From: Caecitellus pseudoparvulus
Lineage: Eukaryota; Protista; Bigyra: Bicosoecida
Assembly (NCBI GenBank): GCA_965644315.1
Contig: CBFFRQ010000020.1
Coordinates: 256,534-320,533, forward strand
Direction of reading: 5' to 3'
Length of the DNA stretch: 64,000 bases
The position numbers were made by a program, and so were the translations under genes. The notes below the pieces were generated by a model that was not told where the DNA came from, ran no database searches, and saw nothing but the letters and a program-made list of their open reading frames with translations. Below, one piece after another: positions 1-13,700 of this stretch. Each line of letters opens with the position of its first letter. Positions within the stretch are counted from its first letter, which is position 1.

Positions 1-3000
1 GGTCGCGGCTTGAGAGCCCGACGCGGCCTTCCGATGCAATGGCTACAGCCCCTCCTGCAGAGACACTGTGCCCTGCCTGGACCTGCACCCCTCTCATGTA
101 CTGCAGCAACATGCCACCCGACGTTCCCTTGCTTGCGCCGCTGTGCATGTGCACTGTACCTGACGACAGCCTGCCACCCCCTGTTGTCACCGCCACGCCT
201 CTAGCAGATGCGACGCTGACGTCACCACTGGACAAGGAGCCAAGGGATGTCGCCACACTCAGTCGCGCCGAAGCGCCGGAAGTCTGCAGGTGCACGGCAC
301 CACCCCTTGCTCCTGAGCCACTTGATAGAGCAATGGTAGATGCGCCAAAGTGTCCTGACCCAGCAGTCACTTGCACTGAACCACCCTGCACCTGACCACG
401 AGCACCAGCAAAGTGAATACTACCTGTGCCCCCGTCGGCCGGACTAGATGCAAGGCTCACGCCGCCGGTGTCGAAAGCAGAGCTCGATGACAGGCTGATC
501 AGCCCACTCTGCATCACCGCTCGACCAGATCGCAGCAATGCTGTGCCTCCATAGCGTCCAGCGCCAGCATGCCCTGAAAACATGCCACTTGCAGATGCTT
601 GCGTTCCAGCCGCGCGAAACTGTACAGACCCACCGTGCGCACCCTCTGCTGCATACACCAGGGCACTACCGGGGACGCCCACGCCCCCCGTGCTCCCACC
701 TTTAATGACAACTCTACCAGATCCATCTGCCTCTGAAGATCCAGATGCAACAGAAATCAGTCCAGAAGCAAGTGCAGTCCCTGTCACAAAATCTACACGC
801 CCACTGCCGGTCGCACTGCCACCCCTTGTCAACACCGCAAGTGCAGAACAAGCACCGATACCTGCGGACACTGAGCAGCCGGGCGCACGAACAATTGAAG
901 ACCCACCCACTCCCTCCGCTGACTCACCAGCACCAGCCACCACGCGCTCACCAGTGCCAGCCTCAAGCCCCACATCACCCCCCACCAAACCACTACCACC
1001 CGACACCTGCACAGTTGACCCCATACCAGCAAGCACGCTCACTGAGCCGCCCACAAGCCCATCGCCACCCTGCACACCGACAGCCCCTGCAACACCACCC
1101 CCACCTGCGCCCGACACCATGGCTACTGACCCGGCCTGTCCTCCCACGCTTCTCCCCCCCGCCACCGACACAGCACCATGGCCTCGACCAACCCTCGTGC
1201 TCACATCACCAGCACCCAGCACTCCCCCGCCACTGCCAATCGCCACAGCGCCAGACCTGCCCACAGCGCTGTCCCCGCTGCGCACATCCAAGGCCCCTGA
1301 CGCCACACCACCACCTGACATGCCGGTGCCCAATGCCACACTGTCCCCGCCCTCAATGCTGACTGACCCACTCTGTTCGCTCGAGCTTGAGCCGCTCACA
1401 GCCAACACAGTACCTCCACGCACAGCTCGGCCACCACCACCAAGGACTCTGACCTCCGACCCCGCAACAGCAATGCTGCCGCCCTCCACACCCCCGCCAG
1501 CGGACACAGTCACATGGCCGGCTGTCGCCCCTTCCCCGCTCACAATGCGGGACTCCCCCCCATCATCACTGCCATCGCCTCCACCGACCCTGACACCTGC
1601 CGCACCAGCCAACTCCACACCACCCCCTGACCCTGCCCACGCCCCGCCCCAACACCAACACTCGACCCAGACAACACAACTGACCCCGACGCCAGGCTGC
1701 TTTGCCCAGCACCCACCATGATCGACCCTGCCGTGCTGCTTCCCTCGCCCACCCGCATGGTCACATCCCCACTTGCACCTTGCCCGGCACCGCTCCCCAG
1801 CACAACACTGCCGGACAGCCCCCCATCACTTGCACTGCCGCTCCGCACCTGCACACGGCCACCTCCCCCATGCACAGATGCCCCTGCATGTACACTCACG
1901 GCGCCCCCAGCACTCCCCACCACACCGGCATCGCCACCCGCCCACCTCACGCTGCCACCAACGCCCCTCGCCGCCACGCCTCCCCTCATCGCTAGCCTGC
2001 CACCAACTCCTCCATCGCTGACACCGCTGGACACTGTGACACCCCCCCTTCCCACGACACGCACGCTGCCGCCGCTCCCTGCAGCGCCACCAGCAACGAC
2101 ACTGGAGCCACCACCAACACCTGCATCTGATGCTCCACCTGACACACCCACACTGCCTCCCACGATGCCCACCGCCCCTGCCCCTGTACCGCCATGGCCT
2201 GCTTGCACTGACAAGCCACCACTAGTGCCGTTCACACCCCTCCCGCTCACGACGCGCACAGCCCCACTACCACCTGCACTGCTGCCGCTCCCCAGACTCG
2301 CTGCACCGCTGGACCCTCCTGAGCTGGAACCGCTGCCCAGTGTGACGCCCCCACTGGCCCCACTGCCGCTGCTACTCACCGTCACATTGCCTGATGCTCC
2401 ATGCTCAGACCCACCAGCTGCTGCACTCACACTGCCACCAATCACACTGCCATCACCACCGACCAAGTGCAAGGCGCCACCACCCACCGCACCACTCCCG
2501 ACCGCCACCTGCACCGCACCGGACTCACTGCCCTCCCCACTCGTCATCATCACACCCCCTGACGAGCCACCAGAGCCGCCACTCTGCACACCCACGGCGC
2601 CCCCACTCGCCACACCCACACCACCTGCCCCGATCACCGTGACAGAGCCGCTGCTGCCCTCCAGAGCGCTGCCTGTGACCACCGCTAGAGCCCCCCCTGA
2701 CCCACTCCCAGCAGCACCACTGCCAAACACCACGCTTCCACTTGCTTCACCGCCTCCACTTAGCACCGTCACACCACCGCTGCCCGCTGCAGTACTGGAC
2801 CCACTCCTGGTGCTGACAAGCCCGCTCGTGCCGCTCACACTTGACCCGCTGGACACCTCAACTGCAGAGCTTGCATCATCGCCCCCACCTCCACGCACCA
2901 CGGCTCCCCCACCCACATCACCCCCACCACCAGCCGCCAAAGCGTGACCACCGCCCTGACTCCCGGCACCCGCCTCGACAGTCAAAGACTCTGCTTGCAT

Positions 3001-6000
3001 CTGCAAGGCACCGCCCGCGCCCTGCCTGGAGCCCACCATGAGCTTCGCGCCCCCCCCAGCAGACCCGAGCGACACGTCGCCCACTTGCCCACTTGCCAGC
3101 AGGACTGCCTCGCCAGCCACCAATGCCGACCCTGATGCCTGGACGCCGATGTCTCCGCTGCCTGCCACCCCTGTGCCGGTGTGCATGGCCAGTCCTCCGC
3201 TGCGCCCCGATGTGGCCACTCCGCTTGCCAACACAAGCGAGCTCCCACCTGCTTGGCTGCTGCCTGCCTGCGCTGCAACACGCCCACTCCTGCCCCCCGC
3301 CCCGCTGATGACAGCGACGCCGCCCCCTTTGACATGCTCAATGCAAGGCTATCGCCCCCTTGCACCTCCACAGTGCCTGATGTAGTCGTGCCAGGGCCTG
3401 TGCCAATGCGCACCTGCCCACCCTGCCCGCTGGCCCCCGCTGAGCCAACTCCCACCTCCACGCGGCCACTTGAGCCACCAACTGAACCACCGTGCCCGCT
3501 CTCCAGTGTCAAGGCACCTGACCCTCTCGCGCCCTCGGCACTCGACACTGATACCTCGCCTGTCGTCGCTTCCCGCCCTGACAAGGCTTCAGAGAACCTG
3601 AGCCCTTCACCTTGTAGTGCCAAGACCAACCGCCCCACCACATCGTCGTGCAGCATAAGACCACCCTCTCCACTGGACAGGATAGCACGCAAACTATCTT
3701 GTGCGCTGGCCTGACTGCCCCCTGATGCGATGCCTGATACGAGCGGCAGAGACAAAGCCGCGATGCGGCGCGCAGCCACATTGCTCACCGGCGCCCCTTG
3801 CTGTCCACGAGACAAGGCTTGGACGACAGCCCCCACCACCGTCGCCGGGGCATGCACTGAGCCACGCCCATCAACCGACAGCCTGCCTTCTCCCCCTGCA
3901 CTGAGCACCATGCCTTGGCCACTGCCCACAGCCACTGCACCGCCGTCCAACACAGCACCACTGCCAGATACCCCGAGCGCTGTCGAGCCCACACTCAACG
4001 ACCCCCCACTAGACTCCAACACCGACACACCACCCTCCAGTCGCACAGACCCAGTGCCGTGCATGCTGATGTTTCCGCTTGCTTCAACAGCGACGTCACC
4101 GCCGGACTCACCTCCCCCAGCCACACCAACCACGCTCCCACCACCAGCTACACGTGATGCCCCCGACTCAACCCCCACCACGCCACCGCCGCCAACCCGC
4201 ACACCGCTTCCACCGGCCAACCGCAAGCCACCATCAGCATGTGTGCCTACGTCCACATTGCCTGCACCAACCACGCCTACTGACTGCCCAGCGAAAGACA
4301 CCTCACCCCCAGCACCGCTGCCACTGGCCCCCCCGTGCACTCGCACGGCACCACCCAAACCGCCCTCGGCGCGGCCCCCCCGCACGGCTGCATCGCCTGC
4401 GTGCACTGCAGCTGCACCGCTCTCAATGGACACGCCCCCGCTGCCATGACTCCCACTGCCGCTCCCCACATCCACGCCACCGGCCCCCACGACGCTCACC
4501 GCGCCACCCGCCACACTGATGCCGCCTGACTCAACACGCCCCGACCCACTCTCATGTGCAACATCACCACCTGCCCCTGCCTTGCTGCCTCCACCTGCCA
4601 CTTCGATCGCCGTGCCCCTCACATGCACACCTCTGCCGGACACTGCCACACCGCCCGGTCCATGAACGGCAGTACTGCCCCCCACAGCACCCCCACCACC
4701 TGCCACACTCACCAGACCACCCACAGCAGTCCCCGACCCACCCAACAGCCCCACATCACCCGATGCCGTCGACACTGACACATCGCCCGCTGCACTCGTG
4801 CCGCCCCCTGACAGCACTGACACGCCACCCTGGCCCTGCACTTGCATCTCCGTCTGCACCTGCACTTGCACGCTGCCGCTTGCGTGGGAGTCCGCTGAAG
4901 CAAGCGTGGACACTGCCACTGAGCCGGCTGGGCCTGCTGTGGAGCTGCCACCAGCAACGTTGACACTTGCACCCGACATCCCAACACCTTGCCCTGCCAC
5001 AGACAGCGCGCCAGATGCCTCAGCAGCTTTCCCAGAAGAGACAACCAAGCCCCCCCCAGCATTGGCGCCAGCTGCTGTGCCCACATCGACCACACCACTG
5101 ACTGAACCAGAACCGCCTTGCAAGGATGCCACCCCATCACCATCAGCTGACATCACGATGCTCCCAGCGTCACCGGTACCGGAACCCACAAGCAGCGCTA
5201 CCCCACCACCGCCTCCCTGCATCTGCACGCTCCCATTCGTTGCCACAACGTTGTTTGCGCGGTCGCGGCTTGAGAGCCCGACGCGGCCTTCCGATGCAAT
5301 GGCTACAGCCCCTCCTGCAGAGACACTGTGCCCTGCCTGGACCTGCACCCCTCTCATGTACTGCAGCAACATGCCACCCGACGTTCCCTTGCTTGCGCCG
5401 CTGTGCATGTGCACTGTACCTGACGACAGCCTGCCACCCCCTGTTGTCACCGCCACGCCTCCAGCAGATGCGACGTTGACGTCACCACTGGACAGGGAGC
5501 CAAGGGATGTCGCCACACTCAGTCGCGCCGAAGCGCCGGAAGTCTGCAGGTGCACGGCACCACCCCTTGCTCCTGAGCCACTTGATAGAGCAATGGTAGA
5601 TGCGCCAAAGTGTCCTGACCCAGCAGTCACTTGCACTGAACCACCCTGCACCTGACCACGAGCACCAGCAAAGTGAATGCTACCTGTGCCCCCGTCGGCC
5701 GGACTAGATGCAAGGCTCACGCCGCCGGTGTCGAAAGCAGAGCTCGATGACAGGCTGATCAGCCCACTCTGCATCACCGCTCGACCAGATCGCAGCAATG
5801 CTGTGCCTCCATAGCGTCCAGCGCCAGCATGCCCTGAAAACATGCCACTTGCAGATGCTTGCGTTCCAGCCGCGCGAAACTGTACAGACCCACCGTGCGC
5901 ACCCTCTGCTGCATACACCAGGGCACTACCGGGGGCGCCCACGCCCCCCGTGCTCCCACCTTTAATGACAACTCTACCAGATCCATCTGCCTCTGAAGAT

Positions 6001-9000
6001 CCAGATGCAACAGAAATCAGTCCAGAAGCAAGTGCAGTCCCTGTCACAGAATCCACACGCCCACTGCCGGTCGAACTGCCACCTCTTGTCAACACCGCAA
6101 GTGCAGAACAAGCACCGATACCTGCGGACACTGAGCAGCCGGGCGCACGAACAATTGAAGACCCACCCACTCCCTCCGCTGACTCACCAGCACCAGCCAC
6201 CACGCGCTCACCAGTGCCAGCCTCAAGCCCCACATCACCCCCCACCAAACCACTACCACCTGACACCTGCACAGCTGACCCCATACCAGCCAGCACGCTC
6301 ACTGAGCCGCCCACAAGCCCATCGCCACCCTGCACACCGACAGCCCCTGCAACACCACCCCCACCTGCGCCCGACACCATGGCTACTGACCCGGCCTGTC
6401 CTCCCACGCTTCTCCCCCCCGCCACCGACACAGCACCATGGCCTCGACCAACCCTCGTGCTCACATCACCAGCACCCAGCACTCCCCCGCCACTGCCAAT
6501 CGCCACAGCGCCAGACCTGCCCACAGCGCTGTCCCCGCTGCGCACATCCAAGGCCCCTGACGCCACACCACCACCTGACATGCCGGTGCCCAATGCCACA
6601 CTGTCCCCGCCCTCAATGCTGACTGACCCACTCTGTTCGCTCGAGCTTGAGCCGCTCACAGCCAACACAGTACCTCCACGCACAGCTCGGCCACCACCAC
6701 CAAGGACTCTGACCTCCGACCCCGCAACAGCAATGCTGCCGCCCTCCACACCCCCGCCAGCGGACACAGTCACATGGCCGGCTGTCGCCCCTTCCCCGCT
6801 CACAATGCGGGACTCCCCCCCATCATCACTGCCATCGCCTCCACCGACCCTGACACCTGCCGCACCAGCCAACTCCACACCACCCCCCTGACCCTGCCCA
6901 CGCCCCGCCCCAACACCAACACTCGACCCAGACAACACAACTGACCCCGACGCCAGGCTGCTTTGCCCAGCACCCACCATGATCGACCCTGCCGTGCTGC
7001 TTCCCTCGCCCACCCGCATGGTCACATCCCCACTTGCACCTTGCCCGGCACCGCTCCCCAGCACAACACTGCCGGACAGCCCCCCATCACTTGCACTGCC
7101 GCTCCGCACCTGCACACGGCCACCTCCCCCATGCACAGACGCCCCTGCATGTACACTCACGGCGCCCCCAGCACTCCCCACCACACCGGCATCGCCACCC
7201 GCCCACCTCACGCTGCCACCAACGCCCCTCGCCGCCACGCCTCCCCTCATCGCTAGCCTGCCACCAACTCCTCCATCGCTGACACCGCTGGACACTGTGA
7301 CACCCCCCCTTCCCACGACACGCACGTTGCCGCCGCTCCCTGCAGCGCCACCAGCAACGACACTGGAGCCACCACCAACACCTGCATCTGATGCTCCACC
7401 TGACACACCCACACTGCCTCCCACGATGCCCACCGCCCCTGCCCCTGTACCGCCATGGCCTGCTTGCACTGACAAGCCACCACTAGTGCCGTTCACACCC
7501 CTCCCGCTCACGACGCGCACAGCCCCACTACCACCTGCACTGCTGCCGCTCCCCAGACTCGCTGCACCGCTGGACCCTCCTGAGCTGGAACCGCTGCCCA
7601 GTGTGACGCCCCCACTGGCCCCACTGCCGCTGCTACTCACCGTCACATTGCCTGATGCTCCATGCTCAGACCCACCAGCTGCTGCACTCACACTGCCACC
7701 AATCACACTGCCATCACCACCGACCAAGTGCAAGGCGCCACCACCCACCGCACCACTCCCGACCGCCACCTGCACCGCACCGGACTCACTGCCCTCCCCA
7801 CTCGTCATCATCACACCCCCTGACGAGCCACCAGAGCCGCCACTCTGCACACCCACGGCGCCCCCACTCGCCACACCCACACCACCTGCCCCGATCACCG
7901 TGACAGAGCCGCTGCTGCCCTCCAGAGCGCTGCCTGTGACCACCGCTAGAGCCCCCCCTGACCCACTCCCAGCAGCACCACTGCCAAACACCACGCTTCC
8001 ACTTGCTTCACCGCCTCCACTTAGCACCGTCACACCACCGCTGCCCGCTGCAGTACTGGACCCACTCCTGGTGCTGACAAGCCCGCTCGTGCCGTTCACA
8101 CTTGACCCGCTGGACACCTCAACTGCAGAGCTTGCATCATCGCCTCCACCTCCACGCACCACGGCTCCCCCACCCACATCACCCCCACCACCAGCCGCCA
8201 AAGCGTGACCACCGCCCTGACTCCCGGCACCCGCCTCGACAGTCAAAGACTCTGCTTGCATCTGCAAGGCACCGCCCGCGCCCTGGCTGGAGCCCACCAT
8301 GAGCTTCGCGCCCCCCCCAGCAGACCCAAGCGACACGTCGCCCACTTGCCCACTTGCCAGCAGGACTGCCTCGCCAGCCACCAATGCCGACCCTGATGCC
8401 TGGACGCCGATGTCTCCGCTGCCTGCCACCCCTGTGCCGGTGTGCATGGCCAGTCCTCCGCTGCGCCCCGATGTGGCCACTCCGCTTGCCAACACAAGCG
8501 AGCTCCCACCTGCTTGGCTGCTGCCTGCCTGCGCTGCAACACGCCCACTCCTGCCCCCCGCCCCGCTGATGACAGCGACGCCGCCCCCTCTGACATGCTC
8601 AATGCAAGGCTATCGCCCCCTTGCACCTCCACAGTGCCTGATGTAGTCTTGCCAGGGCCTGTGCCAATGCGCACCTGCCCACCCTGCCCGCTGGCCCCCG
8701 CTGAGCCAACTCCCACCTCCACGCGGCCACTTGAGCCACCAACTGAACCACCGTGCCCGCTCTCCAGTGTCAAGGCACCTGACCCTCTCGCGCCCTCGGC
8801 ACTCGTCACTGATACCTCGCCTGTCGTCGCTTCCCGCCCTGACAAGGCTTCAGAGAACCTAAGCCCTTCACCTTGTAGCGCCAAGACCAACCGCCCCACC
8901 ACATCGTCGTGCAGCATAGGACCACCCTCTCCACTGGACAGGATAGCACGCAAACTATCTTGTGCGCTGGCCTGACTGCCCCCTGATGCGATGCCTGATA

Positions 9001-10757
9001 CGAGCGGCAGAGACAAAGCCGCGATGCGGCGCGCAGCCACATCGCTCACCGGCGCCCCTTGCTGTCCACGAGACAAGGCTTGGACGACAGCCCCCACCAC
9101 CGTCGCCGGGGCATGCACCGAGCCACGCCCATCAACCGACAGCCTGCCATCTCCCCCTGCACTGAGCACCATGCCTTGGCCACTGCCCACAGCCACTGCA
9201 CCGCCGTCCAACACAGCACCACTGCCAGATACCCCGAGCGCTGTCGAGCCCACACTCAACGACCCCCCACTAGACTCCAACACCGACACACCACCCTCCA
9301 GTCGCACAGACCCAGTGCCGTGCATGCTGATGTTTCCGCTTGCTTCGACAGCGACGTCACCGCCGGACTCACCTCCCCCAGCCACGCCAACCACGCTCCC
9401 ACCACCAGCTACACGTGATGCCCCCGACTCAACCCCCACCACGCCACCGCCGCCAACCCGCACACCGCTTCCACCAGCCAACCGCAAGCCACCATCAGCA
9501 TGTGTGCCTACGTCCACATTGCCTGCACCAACCACACCTACTGACTGCCCAGCGAAAGACACCTCACCCCCAGCACCGCTGCCACTGGCCCCCCCGTGCA
9601 CTCGCACGGCACCACCCAAACCGCCCTCGGCGCGGCCCCCCCGCACGGCTGCATCGCCTGCGTGCACTGCAGCTGCACCGCTCTCAATGGACACGCCCCC
9701 GCTGCCATGACTCCCACTGCCGCTCCCCACATCCACGCCACCAGCCCCCACGACGCTCACCGCGCCACCCGCCACACTGATGCCGCCTGACTCAACACGC
9801 CCCGACCCACTCTCATGTGCAACATCACCACCTGCCCCTGCCTTGCTGCCTCCACCTGCCACTTCGATCGCCGTGCCCCTCACATGCACACCTCTGCCGG
9901 ACACTGCCACGCCGCCCGGTCCATGAACGGCAGTGCTGCCCCCCACAGCACCCCCACCACCTGCCACACTCACCAGACCACCCACAGCAGTCCCCGACCC
10001 ACCCAACAGCCCCACATCACCCGATGCCGTCGACACTGACACATCGCCCGCTGCACTCGTGCCGCCCCCTGACAGCACTGACACGCCACCCTGGCCCTGC
10101 ACTTGCATCTCCGTCTGCACCTGCACTTGCACGCTGCCGCTTGCGTGGGAGTCCGCTGAAGCAAGCGTGGACACTGTCACTGAGCCGGCTGGGCCTGCTG
10201 TGGAGCTGCCACCAGCAACGTTGACACTTGCACCCGACATCCCAACACCTTGCCCTGCCACAGACAGCGCGCCAGATGCTTCAGCAGCTTTCCCAGAAGA
10301 GACAACCAAGCCCCCCCCAGCATTGGCGCCAGCTGCTGTGCCCACATCGACCACACCACTGACTGAACCAGAACCGCCTTCCAAGGATGCCACCCCATCG
10401 CCATCAGCTGACATCACGATGCTCCCAGCGTCACCGGTACCGGAACCCACAAGCAGCGCTACCCCACCACCGCCTCCCTGCATCTGCACGCTCCCATTCG
10501 TTGCCACAACGTTGTTTGCGCGGTCGCGGCTTGAGAGCCCGACGCAGCCTTCCGATGCAATGGCTACAGCCCCTCCTGCAGAGACACTGTGCCCTGCCTG
10601 GACCTGCACCCCTCTCATGTACTGCAGCAACATGCCACCCGACGTTCCCTTGCTTGCGCCGCTGTGCATGTGCACTGTACCTGACGACAGCCTGCCACCC
10701 CCTGTTGTCACCGCCACGCCTCCAGCAGATGCGACGTTGACGTCACCACTGGACAGG
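1..10757. repeat. Intragenic tandem repeat, unit ~5260-5261 bp, at least 2.04 copies
   Basis: GGTCGCGGCTTGAGAGCCCG occurs at 1, 5261 and 10522, and ORF tracks repeat with the same offset. Identity ends at ~10757. Copies differ by scattered substitutions and a 1-nt C-run indel (1623 vs 6883). Confidence 0.97.
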
Positions 10758-13700
10758 GCGCCGAGCCCTGATGCTACTCTGCTTGCACCCTGATCGACCG
10801 TCTGGATTGCGACAGATCCTCCTGGTCTGGATGATACTGAAGTTCCTGCATGAACAAGTATCGATCCTCTCTCTTCAATGGACCGAGTTGATCCCGCTTG
10901 AAGGTCGATAGACGCGGTGTTGAGCGAGACATCGCCACTTCTGCGTGCCCCGCTACTGGATCTTAGTGACACTACGCCGGAGCTGATGGAGGCGGCACCA
11001 GAACGCATGTCAATCGTAGATTCCGAAAGTAAGTGGAAGCCTGCGCCCTCAGTCCCAGCTCCTCCTTGTAGATCAACTGCTCCGGATGATGCCACACCGC
11101 CACCGCTGGAAACTTGCACCTTTCCTGACCTTTTGCTCGTTCCTGAACCTGCAAGAAGTGCCCCAGAGTGCAGCTTGGATGCTCCGCTCTGTAGGAATAC
11201 TGATCCTGATGCTTGAAAAGCAGACCCTGTCGAGGCATTCGTGTTGCCCCCAGCCGCAATGGTAATGCTCCCGGTCACGACATTGGGCTTTGTCACAACA
11301 GAAACGAGTGAAGATGCCACCATGGTGACAGTCGACGATGCTTGCACACGAACAGTGTCCGCAGTAGCACGCAACACTGCGTTTCTAGCTGAAGCCGCTC
11401 CCACGACAAGGTCTGCAGCACCTCGTGCACCTGCCGACTCACTTCGCAGTTGGACTGGGCCTTGGCCACGAAGCAGCATCCGAGATGAAGCACCTTTGCC
11501 TCCGGACAAAGAAGTACCACGAACTAGCTGCCCTTGAACGCGAGTATGCTGTGAGTGAAGCCCGTCCTGATCTGGTCGTCCGACCACTACCCACGCCCCC
11601 GGCGCCCCCGTTGACCCAACAGCCCCAGCAGTCGAAGGGGACACTTGCACGCTGTCAGGTGCATGGAGGAAAATGCCACCCGACTTGGACAGCCCGCTCC
11701 CAGTCAGTACGCTGACGTTTGAAGCAGTCGCGGACAAGTTTAGGCCGTGACCGTGCAGATCTCTAGAGTTCGTTCGAACCATCACAGTCCCGAACCCCAC
11801 CTGAAGTGTGGGTGATTCCACAAGTCCTCGCTCAAATGAGGCCTGAACATCCTGCCCAGATACTCGCATTGCTGCCCCGGCAAATGCTCGCAGAGAACCT
11901 CCACCCACTGGCCCTGACGAGCCGCGAACATGCACAGATCCTCCCCTGCCGGTCAATGCCGTTCCAGCACGTATGAAGGTTGAGGCCTCTGTCTCTTTCG
12001 TACCTTGGGAGGACAACAACAGCGTGCCTGCGGATTCAAGTGAACCAGCTCGAAACATGACATCGCCAGGTGCAGCTCCATTGCCTGCAGCAGCCACGAT
12101 CCCCGAAGCGGACAGCTGTATGCCTCCAGAAGATGCGCCCGAAAGTGTCGTCACTCGAACCGGCCCTGAACTCTCACTGAATGCCTTGGACTGAAGCAAA
12201 ACATCCCCTCCAGATAAATCCAGGGCCGCGTTACGCCCCGCCTTGGCAGATGCGGTGATGCTTCCTGGTGCGAGGCCACCAGCAAAGAGGTGCACCGAGC
12301 CAGGTCGGGTGCCCTCCTGGGCGGCCATCGCAACGCCACTTCTCCCGCGCAGTGCTAGGGTGCTGTCTGCAGCAAGTGACACGCGCCCGCTCGATTCCTT
12401 CGCCTGCCCTGTATATAACCCCACCTGCTCACCGCGAACGGCGGTCTCACTTGTGTTGAATCCCACTGCACCTGACCGGAAAACAGCCAGGCCACTTGAA
12501 ACCGTCGCCGCTCCAGACGCAGACTCGATTCGCTTACTTGACAACACAGACATTCCTCCCTTCTGGTGAGAAATGCCTCCCTGTCCGTGAATGGTCGCAC
12601 CCAAAACTTGAACACTTCTTTCAGACAGGAAGGTGACATGGCCACTTGCGCCAGCACTGGTCCCACTTGCAATGGTCACCGAGCCAGAGGCAGCAGTGCT
12701 GTTTCCAGATGCAATGCAAATCGAACCACTTTGCGTTGAAGAGTCAGAAGAAAGCTCAACCCGCCCGGTTGCGAGTCCAGGGCCAGACTTCAAGCGAACA
12801 GACTCAGAGCCAGAATCAGAGCTCAGCACTGCCACGTCCCCACTTGCAATTCCACTTCCGGAAAGAAGGCTGACACCAAGCTGACTCAAATCAGATGTTC
12901 CAGAATCAACGCGAATTGATCCTGATTCCAGGCGCAGCCCTCCACCTTCGGGGCCAGGAGCAGTGTGCGCTTTGATGTTTCCGACACGAACCGTAAGCTC
13001 AGACGTGTCCCCAGAAGATTTGAGTGCTGCACTTGAGAGCTCAGTGCCTGAAACTTTGAGTTCCACGTCAGACGCCGCGGCTTGCAGAGATGCTGAGCCC
13101 CGCTGCGCGATCGCGGATAAACTGGAATCTGCTTCGAGGTCGGCTGCGCTAGTTACAGAGAGCTCACGCGCTTGGGTAAGGATACTTCGGCCAGCTACTG
13201 ATGTGCGGTGCAAAGATGACACGGCAATAGTGGCACTTGACACAATTGCGCTGTCTGAGACTACTTTCACCGAGGAGCCAGCGCTGGCCCTGTCGTGTGG
13301 GTCGAAGTTCCCCGCCCCAGAACTGACTTGGATCTCGCCCCCCTTTCCGCCACCTGCCTGAGAAGAAATGTGGGCAAAGCTCGGCGAGGACAGAACCACG
13401 TCGCCTCCTGCGCTTTTTCCTTTCCCTCCAAGCACGGAAATTTCAGGAGATCGCACTGACACTGAGCCTCCCTGTACGGGAGACGCGCCCGCGCCGATCA
13501 AGGCCGAACCAGAGGCGGAAACCTGCACATCCCCCGCTACACCTTGCCCACCAGGCACAGCAATTGAAACATTGCCAGCTGCTGCCGCTGCAATACCACT
13601 TGCAATATGCAGAGAGCTTGTGGCTGAAGCTGTCCCCGTTGCGAGAACGATGGAACCCGACTCTAACGCTTTACCGCTTGCAAGCCGAACTGCTCCAGAA

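Noticed and set aside
1615-1635. Frameshift ending ORF 1540..3234
   Set aside because: C5 here versus C6 in the other copy (6883-6888); most likely a homopolymer error.
1-10757. 5.26-kb repeat as a transposon, LTR element or CRISPR array
   Set aside because: No transposase or RT motifs, terminal repeats or spacers; the repeat is coding and contiguous with the unique exon.
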